Positions 48,901 to 57,845 of a stretch of 64,000 nt of DNA are shown here, piece by piece. The position numbers and the translations under genes are program-made. Position 1 is the stretch's first letter, and each line of letters starts with the position of its first letter. The notes below the pieces were generated by a model. The model searched no databases. It was not told the DNA's origin and saw nothing but the letters and a program-made list of their open reading frames with translations. The stretch spans positions 149,602 to 213,601 of IMG/VR virus record IMGVR_UViG_3300030419_004471. One strand, written 5' to 3'.

Positions 48901-49043
48901 ATATTGGGAGTAACCTCCGTATTTGTATATTCACTCATCGAACCACTAATCAATAATGTGTTCGAATCGGTGTGAAATAAAGGTTCTGCGTATGATAATG
49001 AACTGGATTCAGAATTTCCTTGTTTAAAAATCAGTACTGCCAT
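45954..49043 (-). CDS. long tail fibre with beta-repeats and peptidase S74 chaperone
   Basis: Repeats IDIDxxTLDIDASGAITIxG; SSDERLKDN...GVIAQE...LLIEAIKEL. Confidence 0.88.
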   Translation of the reverse strand: MAVLIFKQGNSESSSLSYAEPLFHTDSNTLLISGSMSEYTNTEVTPNIASGSLYRVALIDYINTGSFITTADISGSNLFLHGNATIRGNITMGGSGLDFGDSATDNIVFKADISSSIIPDKNAKFDLGSDSQRWKSLYQSGALDIQGGPINLHSDTYISASAGTFLDVDITGAITINGESTTAISSSGALSLNSETGINIGTTTDKPIDIDASTLDIDASGAITIDGTSTLSIDVDGTTNLNTSVGNIEINSEAGSLTLDGHTGVDIDASNSGKVTIDGADGIDIGVAVDKPIDIDSTTLDIDASGAITIDGTSTVSIDGAGATNLTTSAGNITVDSVAGNLILDGHTGVDIDTSNGKVTIDGSDGIDIGVAADVPIDIDSSTLDIDASGAITINGESSTHISSSGALTLDSQTQINIGTTTDKPIDIDATTLDIDASDDITIDTTDTTGGISIGTVTSGVPVKIGHTTSETTINDNLTVTGNFTVNGTTTYVSSSNVTIGDRIIELNYLGTSGDAGMYVGDVDGTGTSGSLLWDASADYWVAGQKGLEHKVLLGNGDTVISGSGVDNRVALFSGTHGVDSSANLTFASNVLNVGGSGSFSGYVDVANDISASGDVITREIYIDGAIYHKGDTDTKITFGQTGNDDLNITVGNVNCLDFTEGSGGANGNSEITFNEAGADLDVRIEGDDDAYLLFTQASNDRVGIGYNTPVAKLAVDGNLYTNSHITASGHISASGDITTTSGSFGRVVGSIGATNGVVSGSSQIVHDDTTGFVGNEHIDHSNVTLTAGDGLTGGGDITTGRTFAVNTDNSTLEINSDAVRIKDLGVTAAKMANGAVTNTQVNDAAQIAHTKLNLSGSNLVSGSSQVFLGSTVISGSGGTWNATAAMVTGSLLGQKWTTGDGTDSTSKTTGTLIVSGGLGILNTISAGGDVIAYASSDERLKDNIQPIGGALSKVSQISGNTFEWNEEKQNIYKGRDYGVIAQEIKAVMPELVDTRDNGYLAVKYDKIVPLLIEAIKELKQEIEELKSK
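47712..48530 (-). repeat. nested A-B-B-A repeat region of the tail fibre
   Basis: Four copies of IGxxxDxPIDIDxxTLDIDAS; two ~85-aa B units with LDGHTGVDID; two A units with GAITINGES. Confidence 0.85.
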
Positions 49044-49100
49044 CTATTGTAAACCCCTTATAGTTGTTATAGTAATAAATATTGAGAAAACAAATTAACC

Positions 49101-49130
49101 AAAAAAAATCCCCATTATTTAATAGGGATT
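49101..49130 (-). terminator. probable intrinsic terminator
   Basis: AATCCC...GGGATT imperfect stem followed by U8 on the minus strand. Confidence 0.55.
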
Positions 49131-49155
49131 GAATAATTAATATTTATTTTACTAA

Positions 49156-51276
49156 TTAATATGTTCCCCCATCTATTGTTAATGTTAAAGATGATATGTC
49201 AGTTGTTGAAGTCAATTGTTTAGAACCATTTGTTACAACTAACTGAGAAGCCGTTAGTCCACTAACTATTACATTATTTGCAATTGTTAATGTTGTTCCA
49301 CTTTCAGAAAGTATAGAATCAGCGATTACACCAGCTGAACTAAATTTAGTAATTTTATCTCCAGTACCAGTACCAACTACTACTCTTGCTTCAGAACCTA
49401 AAGCTCCAGCAATCCAATAATCCTCACTTGCATCCCATAGTAATGAACCTGATGTACCAGTTGAAACTGCATCTTTTACTAAGATACCAGCATCAGCCGC
49501 AGTACCAGCATAATTTAACTCTAATACATTATCACCTATGTTCAAATTAGATGATGAAATAAAAGTCTTTGTCCCATTAACTGTTAAATCACCAGGTATG
49601 ACAACCGTAGTACCTGCTGCACCTACTGTAAGTGTATTAGAACCGATTGTATCAAATATTGTTTTATCACCTGATGTTAAATCTAAATCTGTTAATCCAA
49701 CGAGTGCAGTAATCGTACCACCCAAAGAAGTATCAGTAGTACCAATTGTGATTCCATCATTTGCAAGTTTTGCATTTGCAATTGAACCAGCCAACATAGC
49801 GTTACTAACTGTACCCCAAGAAGCATCTGTTCCATCTGATTGTAAAACAGTGTTTGCTCCACCAACAGATAAAGCCGCAGGGTCTCCACTAGCATCACCA
49901 TATATAATACTACCTCTTGTAAGTCCTGCCATTTTAGCTAGGGTTATAGCGTTATCTGCTATATATGCAGTTGCTATAGTTGTACCATTCCAAACACCAG
50001 TAGTAATTGTACCCAATGTTGTAATATTTGTAGTACCAGCAGCTGCTACTGCAGTTCCTCCGATAGTCAATGCATCCGTTTCTAATGTACCATCAACATC
50101 AATATCTCCTGCTAAATCAATATTACCAGGTATTGTTACAGTAGAACTTGCTCCAGCTCCAAGAGTTACATCTACCTCTCCATCAGTTGCATGTTCACCT
50201 TCTAATACTAAACCTGCTGTTAATTGTGTAGTAGTTCCATCACTTTCTGCTACAAGTAATGATAACTTACCTGCTTCATCCGTATTATCTGCCTCTGAAA
50301 CTTGTGCTACAATTTTTGCGAAAGTAGTTTGTGTTTGCCCTGCATCATCACCAATAAATTCGATATTACCAATAATATCTCCATCTGCTCCTGCTGAACC
50401 TTTATCTTTTGAAAATCTTAAACGAGCTCCGTTTGTATCAGAAGTAGTATTTTTGATTTCAATAAGCGGGTCGGTTGAATTAGCTGATGTAAATGTTACT
50501 GTATCTTGTGTTATCGTTCCAACACCCGTTATTTGTGCTGCTCCACTAATCAATGTGTGAGAAGCTCCTGCTCTACCTTCATAAGTTGTAGCTAAAGAAG
50601 CCGTAGTGGATTCAATATTATCTAATCGATTATCAAAAGAAGCCGTAGTGGATTCTAAATTTGTAATATCTATTGTATTTGAAGCTGTATAAGCATTCAA
50701 TGAAGTATTTTCTTCTGATTGAGAAATAAATCCTAAATCAGTTATTTGTTTTGAAGAACTTATATATCCCGTTGTAAGTACTGAACCAGTAAAAGAATGA
50801 ATATTACTGATATTAATTGTATTTGAAGCCGTATAAGCATTTAATAAGGTAACAGATGCTTCCGTAGAACCCTCTAATGCTGCGTTTATAGTTACACCTC
50901 CACTTCCAGAAGATACTGTTACATTTGTACCTCCTATAAAGGCTGTATCGGGAGTATTTGGTATATCTGCATAAACTATTTGAGTTGAACCACTTACTGT
51001 TCCAGTTGGAAGTTGTGCTGCACCAGATATAATATTACTACCACCTAATATTTGTATAGATTGAGATACTATTCCTCTACCAGCTAACTCTACTCCAGTT
51101 AATTGAGTACCACCTCCAATAAAATCTGAAGCTGATATATCACCACTTGCGGTTAGAGAACCTGTTAATTGTAATGAACCTGTATTAATAAAAGAACCGC
51201 TAACTTGAAATTCTCCGTGAATTATCGATGCGGTTACTATACCTTCTATTTGTTTACTTGAAATTAACGTTGCCAT
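49156..51276 (-). CDS. tail fibre / proximal fibre protein
   Basis: G/S/T-rich; shares the ELNY...GTSGSLLWDAS.DYW module with 45954..49043. Confidence 0.75.
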   Translation of the reverse strand: MATLISSKQIEGIVTASIIHGEFQVSGSFINTGSLQLTGSLTASGDISASDFIGGGTQLTGVELAGRGIVSQSIQILGGSNIISGAAQLPTGTVSGSTQIVYADIPNTPDTAFIGGTNVTVSSGSGGVTINAALEGSTEASVTLLNAYTASNTINISNIHSFTGSVLTTGYISSSKQITDLGFISQSEENTSLNAYTASNTIDITNLESTTASFDNRLDNIESTTASLATTYEGRAGASHTLISGAAQITGVGTITQDTVTFTSANSTDPLIEIKNTTSDTNGARLRFSKDKGSAGADGDIIGNIEFIGDDAGQTQTTFAKIVAQVSEADNTDEAGKLSLLVAESDGTTTQLTAGLVLEGEHATDGEVDVTLGAGASSTVTIPGNIDLAGDIDVDGTLETDALTIGGTAVAAAGTTNITTLGTITTGVWNGTTIATAYIADNAITLAKMAGLTRGSIIYGDASGDPAALSVGGANTVLQSDGTDASWGTVSNAMLAGSIANAKLANDGITIGTTDTSLGGTITALVGLTDLDLTSGDKTIFDTIGSNTLTVGAAGTTVVIPGDLTVNGTKTFISSSNLNIGDNVLELNYAGTAADAGILVKDAVSTGTSGSLLWDASEDYWIAGALGSEARVVVGTGTGDKITKFSSAGVIADSILSESGTTLTIANNVIVSGLTASQLVVTNGSKQLTSTTDISSLTLTIDGGTY

Positions 51277-51665
51277 TATCTATCTGTTATCTTCCCCTTA
51301 ACTAAAAAGTCACTAGCTACTATATCGCCTGGACTATCTACTATACTTTGATTAAACGTAACTACCACATTTGTACCATTATCTTCTACTCCATATCTTG
51401 ATGATGGTTGTTTAACACCTTGTAAATAAATATCAACAAAATCAGAATGATTATCAACTTTTAGCTCTTCATATATAATTTTTTTATCAGAAAGGGTTAA
51501 AATGAACAATACACCCGATAAAGTTATGGAGTCTGGAGTATGATTTGTAACGAACATATCATCAAAAACATTTTGTGCAAAGTCATTAACTTTACCCTTA
51601 TCATTTATAGGCATTACCAAATCAGGTTTTTTCCTATAGCTGCCATGTTTTTCAAAAGTTTTCAT
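51276..51665 (-). CDS. hypothetical structural protein
   Basis: Coupled ORF in the neck/fibre operon; DIYLQG...Y motif. Confidence 0.6.
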   Translation of the reverse strand: MKTFEKHGSYRKKPDLVMPINDKGKVNDFAQNVFDDMFVTNHTPDSITLSGVLFILTLSDKKIIYEELKVDNHSDFVDIYLQGVKQPSSRYGVEDNGTNVVVTFNQSIVDSPGDIVASDFLVKGKITDR

Positions 51666-51997
51666 TATACTGATTCTAAATCTCCTTCTATAACTATTAT
51701 ATCACTATTACTTAATGCATAATCAAAATTTGCTTTTTTAAATTTTATAAATAAATCATTGTCAATTTGCTCAGTTATATAATCATCTTCTATTATAAAC
51801 TGTCCATTTACAAAAATATCATATCTTGCATGAACCGGTCTTAGCTTTTCATATCTACTACGAAGATTTTTTATTTTAACATTCGATACCTTCCAAACAT
51901 AATATGTTGTATCATCTACTAAATCAACTTCTTCTAATTGATATTCATTAGGTTCATTTAATTCGTTTAAAATATCTCTAATTTCTTTTACACTCAT
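51665..51997 (-). CDS. hypothetical structural protein
   Basis: Coupled ORF; IFVNGQ...D.I.IEG motif. Confidence 0.6.
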   Translation of the reverse strand: MSVKEIRDILNELNEPNEYQLEEVDLVDDTTYYVWKVSNVKIKNLRSRYEKLRPVHARYDIFVNGQFIIEDDYITEQIDNDLFIKFKKANFDYALSNSDIIVIEGDLESV

Positions 51998-53136
51998 ACT
52001 TCCTCAAACTTTCCTACAATTCCAAGTTCGTGAGATGCAGTTATAATATATCCTAATGATGATGTAGTTGCTACTAAATCATCTGGATATGTTCCTCCTT
52101 CACTAAGAGAACCTGTTGTAAAATTAAATTCAACTTCATTTTCAGAACCACTTACGTGATAAGTGTATTTTTTAGGGTCTATGAATAATCCATTAATATA
52201 AACTCTAAACCATTTTTCTGTATCAAAGTTTCCAACTAATGATGGTGGTAATTTTGGTACTTTAGCATTATAAATTTTAACTGTATCTGCATCTATACGA
52301 CTTCCAGTTGTAGAACCTCTAATCGCAAGAAAATCTAATACATCCGAATATTGATTTTGTGCGCTTGTATCTGATGGGTTTAGTACATTCCCACCACCTC
52401 CAGTTAAATCAGTCTCATATCCAAAAACTACTCTCTTTGGTGTAAATTCTTTAGTGATTGTTGGTTTATTATCAAACTCTTCAGGTAATAAATATGCATT
52501 AACTGCCATAGTGAACGTTGTTCTAACTATTCTTTCACTACCTTCTCCTACTTCTGTCTGATTATCAAACGAATCAACTCTTACCCTAAATTTATATTTT
52601 TTCTTATCTCCCCAATATTCATCAGTAGCGTATTGAAATGCTTCTACTATTTTATTCATATGTTCTGTAAAGTTTGTCCAAATCATTACTTCATATGAAA
52701 CTGTAACATAATCGGGCATTGCTATATTAAATGATTCTGCATTTGGTTTAACTCCATTCATTAAACCAAACTTGTCATATTTCTGTCTTTTATTATATTT
52801 TGTTATTGATGGGTATGATATTTTTCTATTCATTGTATTAGCTAAAGTATCATCTCTAGCTATACTATTTCTTTTGTACATTACTAATGGAATTTGGATT
52901 CTTCCTCGTACATCTCTTATGAATCCATCTTTACTTGCGGCTTTCCATCTTTCTGGATTACCATAGATAAGAGGAACTTTTACTTTTGTTCCATTTTCAT
53001 CAACATCAGGAATTACAACATCAGTCATATATTCCATCATAGCATAATCTATATCATATAAAGTTATACCAAATTTCTCATTTACAGCTATTTGCTGTCC
53101 TCTATTCTTTACCTTATCTAACGGGTCTTTTGCCAT
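51994..53136 (-). CDS. tail completion / sheath terminator (gp15-like) with C-terminal extension
   Basis: VPLIYGNPERW, QIPL, PDYVTVSYE...WT...MNKIVE. Confidence 0.7.
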   Translation of the reverse strand: MAKDPLDKVKNRGQQIAVNEKFGITLYDIDYAMMEYMTDVVIPDVDENGTKVKVPLIYGNPERWKAASKDGFIRDVRGRIQIPLVMYKRNSIARDDTLANTMNRKISYPSITKYNKRQKYDKFGLMNGVKPNAESFNIAMPDYVTVSYEVMIWTNFTEHMNKIVEAFQYATDEYWGDKKKYKFRVRVDSFDNQTEVGEGSERIVRTTFTMAVNAYLLPEEFDNKPTITKEFTPKRVVFGYETDLTGGGGNVLNPSDTSAQNQYSDVLDFLAIRGSTTGSRIDADTVKIYNAKVPKLPPSLVGNFDTEKWFRVYINGLFIDPKKYTYHVSGSENEVEFNFTTGSLSEGGTYPDDLVATTSSLGYIITASHELGIVGKFEEV

Positions 53137-53591
53137 TATACTATTCTACTTTCTAAATTTAATTGAGAACGTCTTGTCATAAATGTAGAAACAATAATTG
53201 AGAATTTCTCTCCACTTCTTCCTCCTATCAGTTGGTCCTCTCTGACATTACTAATCTCAAAATATGCTTCATTATGAAATACTATATCTCCAATCTCAGG
53301 ATATACATCCTTTTCTTCTAAAGTAAATCTGTTGAATCTGAATTCTACATTTTGACCTGTATCTGGTCCGAATCCTTCATAATTGGTGATAGTATCTTCT
53401 CTTTCTATGATACAATTTATTGTAACTCCTTGATGATATGATTTATTTAAAGATTCTCCATACAGATTTGTTCTACTTTCAGAAATTGAAAGCTTGAAGA
53501 ATTGTATTGCAGTTGATACTACATCTTCAACTAACTCTTTTGATATCTTTTCGAAAAAAGCTAAATCTTTACTTTGTATAAATCTTGCCAT
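53136..53591 (-). CDS. head-closure / neck protein (gp14-like)
   Basis: NLYGES, YPEIGDIV...YFEI; follows the gp13-like gene. Confidence 0.7.
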   Translation of the reverse strand: MARFIQSKDLAFFEKISKELVEDVVSTAIQFFKLSISESRTNLYGESLNKSYHQGVTINCIIEREDTITNYEGFGPDTGQNVEFRFNRFTLEEKDVYPEIGDIVFHNEAYFEISNVREDQLIGGRSGEKFSIIVSTFMTRRSQLNLESRIV

Positions 53592-53596
53592 CTTTA

Positions 53597-54742
53597 TTAT
53601 CCAATATAAATGTTCAGCGGTATTTTGGCCACTACTCTTTGTTGTGCATCAGCTTGGTCCGCTTCACTGGTATATCTTTCTTTATCTGATAAATCTTCAA
53701 GTACTTGTCTTAATTGTTCTATCAGAGTATCTTTTTCAGTTTGTGCTTCAGCTCTAAGAGCGCCTCCATCTAATGTTACCTCCGAACCCGGTATTGGAAC
53801 AGATGAAAATTTTTCTCTTACTGCACCTAATAACTCTTTTGCTAAAGCTAAGGTGTATTTTCTAATCCATTGTTTACCAACATCATTTATTTTACTATAA
53901 GTGTGAAAATCATATCCAGTATTTGAATAATCTGCAACTACACCATCTGTTACTGAAGTTGCATTGTCATCAAACTCTTTTTGAACAATATATTCAAACC
54001 ATAATGTTTCTGCCTTTGCTGGTTTTGGGAATATTCTTAATTTGTTATTAACAATATTGAACGAAAATGCCGATTTTCTATATGAATCATTAAATTCAAT
54101 AGCTTGAATTCTTAATAAATCTTCATATATTGGCATCAATATAAATTGTGCTGCTGGTGAGAATGAACCGAATCCAAACTCATCAACTAAATTTAATGTT
54201 CCTTGTCCACTTATAGAATATGGGTCAAAGAATCTATTAGTAGCTGGAGTTGCTTCATAGAATACTTTAGTTACTTGTATTCTATTTTCACTTTCGGAAA
54301 CATCACCCCATAATGCTTGTAAATCATATGTTTGTGAACCCGAATCTATTGTTATACTACCGCTTTTTATATCCACATTACCACCTACTCCTGCGTAAGT
54401 ACCATAAGAATTAGCTATTTGAATAAGATTTGGTAGTGGGTTACCTTCTATGTTCTTTTGTGTATAATTAGAACCTGTTGGTTGACCTTGTAAAGAACTA
54501 AGGTTATTTTTTATATTAAATTGGTTTACCTGTGCTGAATATTCGGAAACTGCTTCTTCAAAACAAGCGTAAAAGTTTAAATCCACCAATTCAACATCTA
54601 CAATTGGGTATCCCATTCTCTTAGCACACCAACTTGCTACTTTAGGTCCTTCTGTTTGATATTCTGTATCTGTATCGTATATACCAAACGGAGTTGAACC
54701 TGATATATCATTCTCTACTGAACCAGTCCAATAATTTGCCAT
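53597..54742 (-). CDS. neck / head-tail adaptor protein (gp13-like)
   Basis: LGYPIVDVEL-like, WIRKYTLALAKELLG.VR.KF..VPIPG..VTLDG. Confidence 0.8.
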   Translation of the reverse strand: MANYWTGSVENDISGSTPFGIYDTDTEYQTEGPKVASWCAKRMGYPIVDVELVDLNFYACFEEAVSEYSAQVNQFNIKNNLSSLQGQPTGSNYTQKNIEGNPLPNLIQIANSYGTYAGVGGNVDIKSGSITIDSGSQTYDLQALWGDVSESENRIQVTKVFYEATPATNRFFDPYSISGQGTLNLVDEFGFGSFSPAAQFILMPIYEDLLRIQAIEFNDSYRKSAFSFNIVNNKLRIFPKPAKAETLWFEYIVQKEFDDNATSVTDGVVADYSNTGYDFHTYSKINDVGKQWIRKYTLALAKELLGAVREKFSSVPIPGSEVTLDGGALRAEAQTEKDTLIEQLRQVLEDLSDKERYTSEADQADAQQRVVAKIPLNIYIG

Positions 54743-54771
54743 TGTATTTCTCCTATATATAGTTTATCTTA

Positions 54772-54780
54772 TATAAATAT
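54772..54780 (-). promoter_or_regulatory. candidate late promoter ATA(T/C)TTATA (representative; about 15 copies in the window)
   Basis: The same 9-mer precedes genes at 385, 395, 15763, 20870, 22926, 23601, 34157, 38269, 39305, 39906, 42351, 42708, 44090, 54772 and 57818. Confidence 0.7.
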
Positions 54781-54808
54781 CAAATAATATTAATATCCAA
54801 AAAAGACA

Positions 54809-54837
54809 CAAAAAAAAGGGGAAATTTCTTTCCCCTT
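54809..54837 (-). terminator. intrinsic terminator after the major capsid gene
   Basis: 9-bp stem AAGGGGAAA/TTTCCCCTT followed by a U run on the minus strand. Confidence 0.85.
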
Positions 54838-54876
54838 AATTTTTTACTAGATTCTATGAATCTACTGAATTAAATC

Positions 54877-56511
54877 TTATAAAGTATCTAAATCAGCGAT
54901 TTCAATCTTACCATAGAATTCTGGTCTTACCATCTTCTTAGCGTATCTAGTCATTACACCTCTTCTTGGTGTAAAGTTCGCTGGGTCATAAACCAACGGA
55001 GTCATTATAAGCGGTACATATGGTGCATAAACTGCTCCACTTTCAAGGAAGTTGCTACCTTTAAATCCTAATAAGATTTCGTTAGAAGTCATATAAGGGT
55101 TTTTGTAAACAGTATATCTGTTTGCAAGAGCACCTACTTGAGTTACACCAGCTGCGAATTCCATAGCGTTTGCATCAGCGTTAACTGAGAAACCTGGAAT
55201 TGATTCTAGAATAGTACAAGCATCAGGACTAGCCACGATGAAGTTTGCACCACCTCTTAGAGTCAATTGGTGAATTCTGTTTGAAACTTTGTTGATTTTA
55301 ACACCTAATGTTTGGAACCAGGTATTTCTTTGGTATGCTACAGAAGAACTTGGTGCAGTCCATCCAGTACCATCCCACTCTTTACCAATAGTTACAGACC
55401 ATTTTTCACTTGATAATGCATTAGTTTTTAACATATCTAAGATTTCTAAGTCAATCTCTAATGAGATATACTCAGATAACATAGAAGTTAATTCAGCTTC
55501 TGCATCAATTGAGTGATAAGCGTTAAGGTCTTGCGCTAATTCAGGAGTCCATACTGCTTTTAACTTTCTAGTCTTAGCAACGATTGCCTCTGATTTCAAT
55601 TCAAGATCGATTTCAGGGATATCAAGTATAGTTCCAGAAGATGCAGCTCCAGCATTCATAACTGGGTCTCTATCTTCGAAATCACCTCTGTTAGTAGAAG
55701 CAGGTACATCAGCGTAGTTAATAGTACACGCGTCGATACCAGCATCTTCTGATGCAGATACAAAGAATACATAGTTTGAACCGTCAACTTTGTTGAAGTC
55801 ACCAAGTGTTTCAACTAGCTCAGTTCCACCAGTACCAGCGTTTACAACAGTAAATGCTCTAATTGCATCGTCATCAGCATTAGATGATACGTTAGATTTA
55901 GCGATTGTAATTTTTATGACCTCATTTGCTGCAATAGATGCAGTAAAGTTTGAGTCATATCTTAAGTCAGCGTTAGATGCAGTTGCAACAGTTGTGTTAC
56001 CTGCAGATACCGCTACTGATTGGTCGTTAAGGGTATAACCATAACGTCCACTACCATATAAACCATCTTTAGCTACGTTAGTTGAACCTAAATCACTTCC
56101 GTCTCCACCGAAAATCGATGAACCAGAATATGGAGTTACGTCCGAACCACTACCAAATTGATTGTTAAAGTACTTAAAGTCTAAATAGAAGATAAGTCCT
56201 GAAGGTAAGTTCATAGGTTGAACAGAAACGAAATTCTTCGCACTGATTTCACCAAAAATTCTTCTTACCAATGGTAGAGCTACACCATTCCACTCTTCAT
56301 TACCTGAAGCGGCAGAAGTAGCGTTAGCTTCATCAAGCAATTGTTTTGCTTGGTTTTCTAAAAGAACAGCCATCTGTGATTGTTCTCTTTCTTTTAAGCC
56401 TTCAAGAAGTCCAGTTTTTTCCCATTTGTTTTTCAAACCTCTAGTTTGCTCAAGCATTACTGCTTGTGGGTTCTTTCCTTCTGTTAGCTTTGATAAATCA
56501 AAATTTGCCAT
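54877..56511 (-). CDS. major capsid protein (T4 gp23-like)
   Basis: LPLVRR, VQPMNLPSGLIFYL, KTRKLKA.WT.ELAQDL, YAPYVPL, GVMTRYA. Confidence 0.97.
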   Translation of the reverse strand: MANFDLSKLTEGKNPQAVMLEQTRGLKNKWEKTGLLEGLKEREQSQMAVLLENQAKQLLDEANATSAASGNEEWNGVALPLVRRIFGEISAKNFVSVQPMNLPSGLIFYLDFKYFNNQFGSGSDVTPYSGSSIFGGDGSDLGSTNVAKDGLYGSGRYGYTLNDQSVAVSAGNTTVATASNADLRYDSNFTASIAANEVIKITIAKSNVSSNADDDAIRAFTVVNAGTGGTELVETLGDFNKVDGSNYVFFVSASEDAGIDACTINYADVPASTNRGDFEDRDPVMNAGAASSGTILDIPEIDLELKSEAIVAKTRKLKAVWTPELAQDLNAYHSIDAEAELTSMLSEYISLEIDLEILDMLKTNALSSEKWSVTIGKEWDGTGWTAPSSSVAYQRNTWFQTLGVKINKVSNRIHQLTLRGGANFIVASPDACTILESIPGFSVNADANAMEFAAGVTQVGALANRYTVYKNPYMTSNEILLGFKGSNFLESGAVYAPYVPLIMTPLVYDPANFTPRRGVMTRYAKKMVRPEFYGKIEIADLDTL

Positions 56512-56532
56512 TTGTTTTCTCTCCTTTAAAAA

Positions 56533-57684
56533 TTATTTAATGTTAGCTAACTTCTTAAATCTGTTAGCGATTTCGTTACCTTCAGAAATAATTTCTTTCT
56601 TAGGAGCAGTAGATTTAGTTACTGTAGATGCGATACCTTCAGTAATTTTTCTAGTCTGTCTTTTTTCTCCCGTGAATTTCATTGATTCTGCTAAAGTAGC
56701 GAATACCAATTTCACCTCTCTTACAGATTTTGTTCTGTCAAGAGTTTCAACAACTTTATGTTTTTGGTCATTGTTCATAACATATGAACGGAATAACTTA
56801 TTAGCATAAAGTAATTTTGCGTTTAGAAGGTTAACTTCATTGATAGTCTTTTTAAGTTCTTTGATAGTAGAGTATGCCTCTTCAAGTTCCTTATTAGTTT
56901 CTTCAAGTTCGTTAGATTCTTCAACTGCTTCTTCTTCAGATTCTTCTTCTTCTCCGTATCCCATTTCTCTTAGGATTTCGTCTAAGTCGATGTCATCTTC
57001 TTCTTCTTCAGTTTCAGCTTCTTCCTCAGTTGCTTCTTCTTCTGATGCTTCTTCTTCAGATTCTACTTCAGCTTCAGCTTCAGTTTCTTCTTCAGTTTCT
57101 TCATCATGCAATTCTTCAACCGAATCACCTTCCTCTTCTTCTTCACCTTCTTCTTCAGAAAGTTCAGATTCTAATTCTTTGATGATATCTTCAAGGTTAA
57201 GTTCTTCATCAACCTCTTCTTCATCATCACCATCTTCTTCAGATATTTCTTCAGATTCAGTTACTTCTTCTTCTTCGTCAGCTTCTTCATTAACTTCAGC
57301 TTCCTCAGAAACTTCTTCTTTATCTTCTGTTACGTCTGCTTCTTTTTCCTCAGAAACTTCTTCAGTTTCTTCGTTAACTTCTGCTTCTTTTTCTTCAGAT
57401 ACTTCTTCAGTTTCTTCGTTAACTTCTGCTTCTTCAGTTACTTCTTCAGTAGCTTCTTCAACTTTTTCTTCAGATACTTCTTCTGTAGACTCTTCAACTG
57501 CTTCTTCTACATCTTCTGTATCTTCATCTTCTTCTTCCATTTCTGATTGAAGTTTCTTAGATAAGATAGATTGTAGTTTTGGAGTAAATGCTTCTTCTAA
57601 TGCGATTTTTGCATTAGCGATTGCAGTTTCTCTTACAGCTTTAGCGTCAGCGATGGCTTCTTTTAATAATTTAGAATTTGCCAT
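56533..57684 (-). CDS. prohead core / scaffolding protein (gp22-like), highly acidic
   Basis: Directly upstream of MCP; Glu-rich core; C-terminal EVNLLNAKLLY...FKKLANIK. Confidence 0.85.
   Translation of the reverse strand: MANSKLLKEAIADAKAVRETAIANAKIALEEAFTPKLQSILSKKLQSEMEEEDEDTEDVEEAVEESTEEVSEEKVEEATEEVTEEAEVNEETEEVSEEKEAEVNEETEEVSEEKEADVTEDKEEVSEEAEVNEEADEEEEVTESEEISEEDGDDEEEVDEELNLEDIIKELESELSEEEGEEEEEGDSVEELHDEETEEETEAEAEVESEEEASEEEATEEEAETEEEEDDIDLDEILREMGYGEEEESEEEAVEESNELEETNKELEEAYSTIKELKKTINEVNLLNAKLLYANKLFRSYVMNNDQKHKVVETLDRTKSVREVKLVFATLAESMKFTGEKRQTRKITEGIASTVTKSTAPKKEIISEGNEIANRFKKLANIK
57298..57432 (-). repeat. 45-nt tandem repeat in the scaffold gene (EAEVNEETEEVSEEK)
   Basis: Copies at 57343-57387 and 57388-57432 differ at 2 nt; a degenerate third copy lies at 57298-57342. 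Confidence 0.85.
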
Positions 57685-57845
57685 AATTGCCTTCCTTTTT
57701 GTTTTCTGAAAATATTAATGTGGATTTTCAATAAGATTAGGTCGGTTGTTCGGTCACCTCATAAAAATGGGTATTCATTAACCAACGAAAAACACACATA
57801 GAACGTGTGTTACTGAGTATAAGTATTATAATATATTAAAAAACG

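Noticed and set aside
48001-50560. Long + strand ORFs (48001..48576, 49538..50560 and similar)
   Set aside because: Antisense to G/T/S/D-rich fibre genes whose codon bias removes stops; the same applies to essentially all + strand ORFs in the track.
56840-57550. 236-aa Ser-rich + strand ORF
   Set aside because: Antisense shadow of the Glu-rich scaffold (GAA codons read as TCT/TTC); no promoter or RBS.
385-57826. T4 late promoters (TATAAATA) driving + strand transcription
   Set aside because: No credible + strand genes follow; every copy lies just upstream of a minus-strand gene and several have G at position 6. Antisense transcription cannot be excluded without RNA data.
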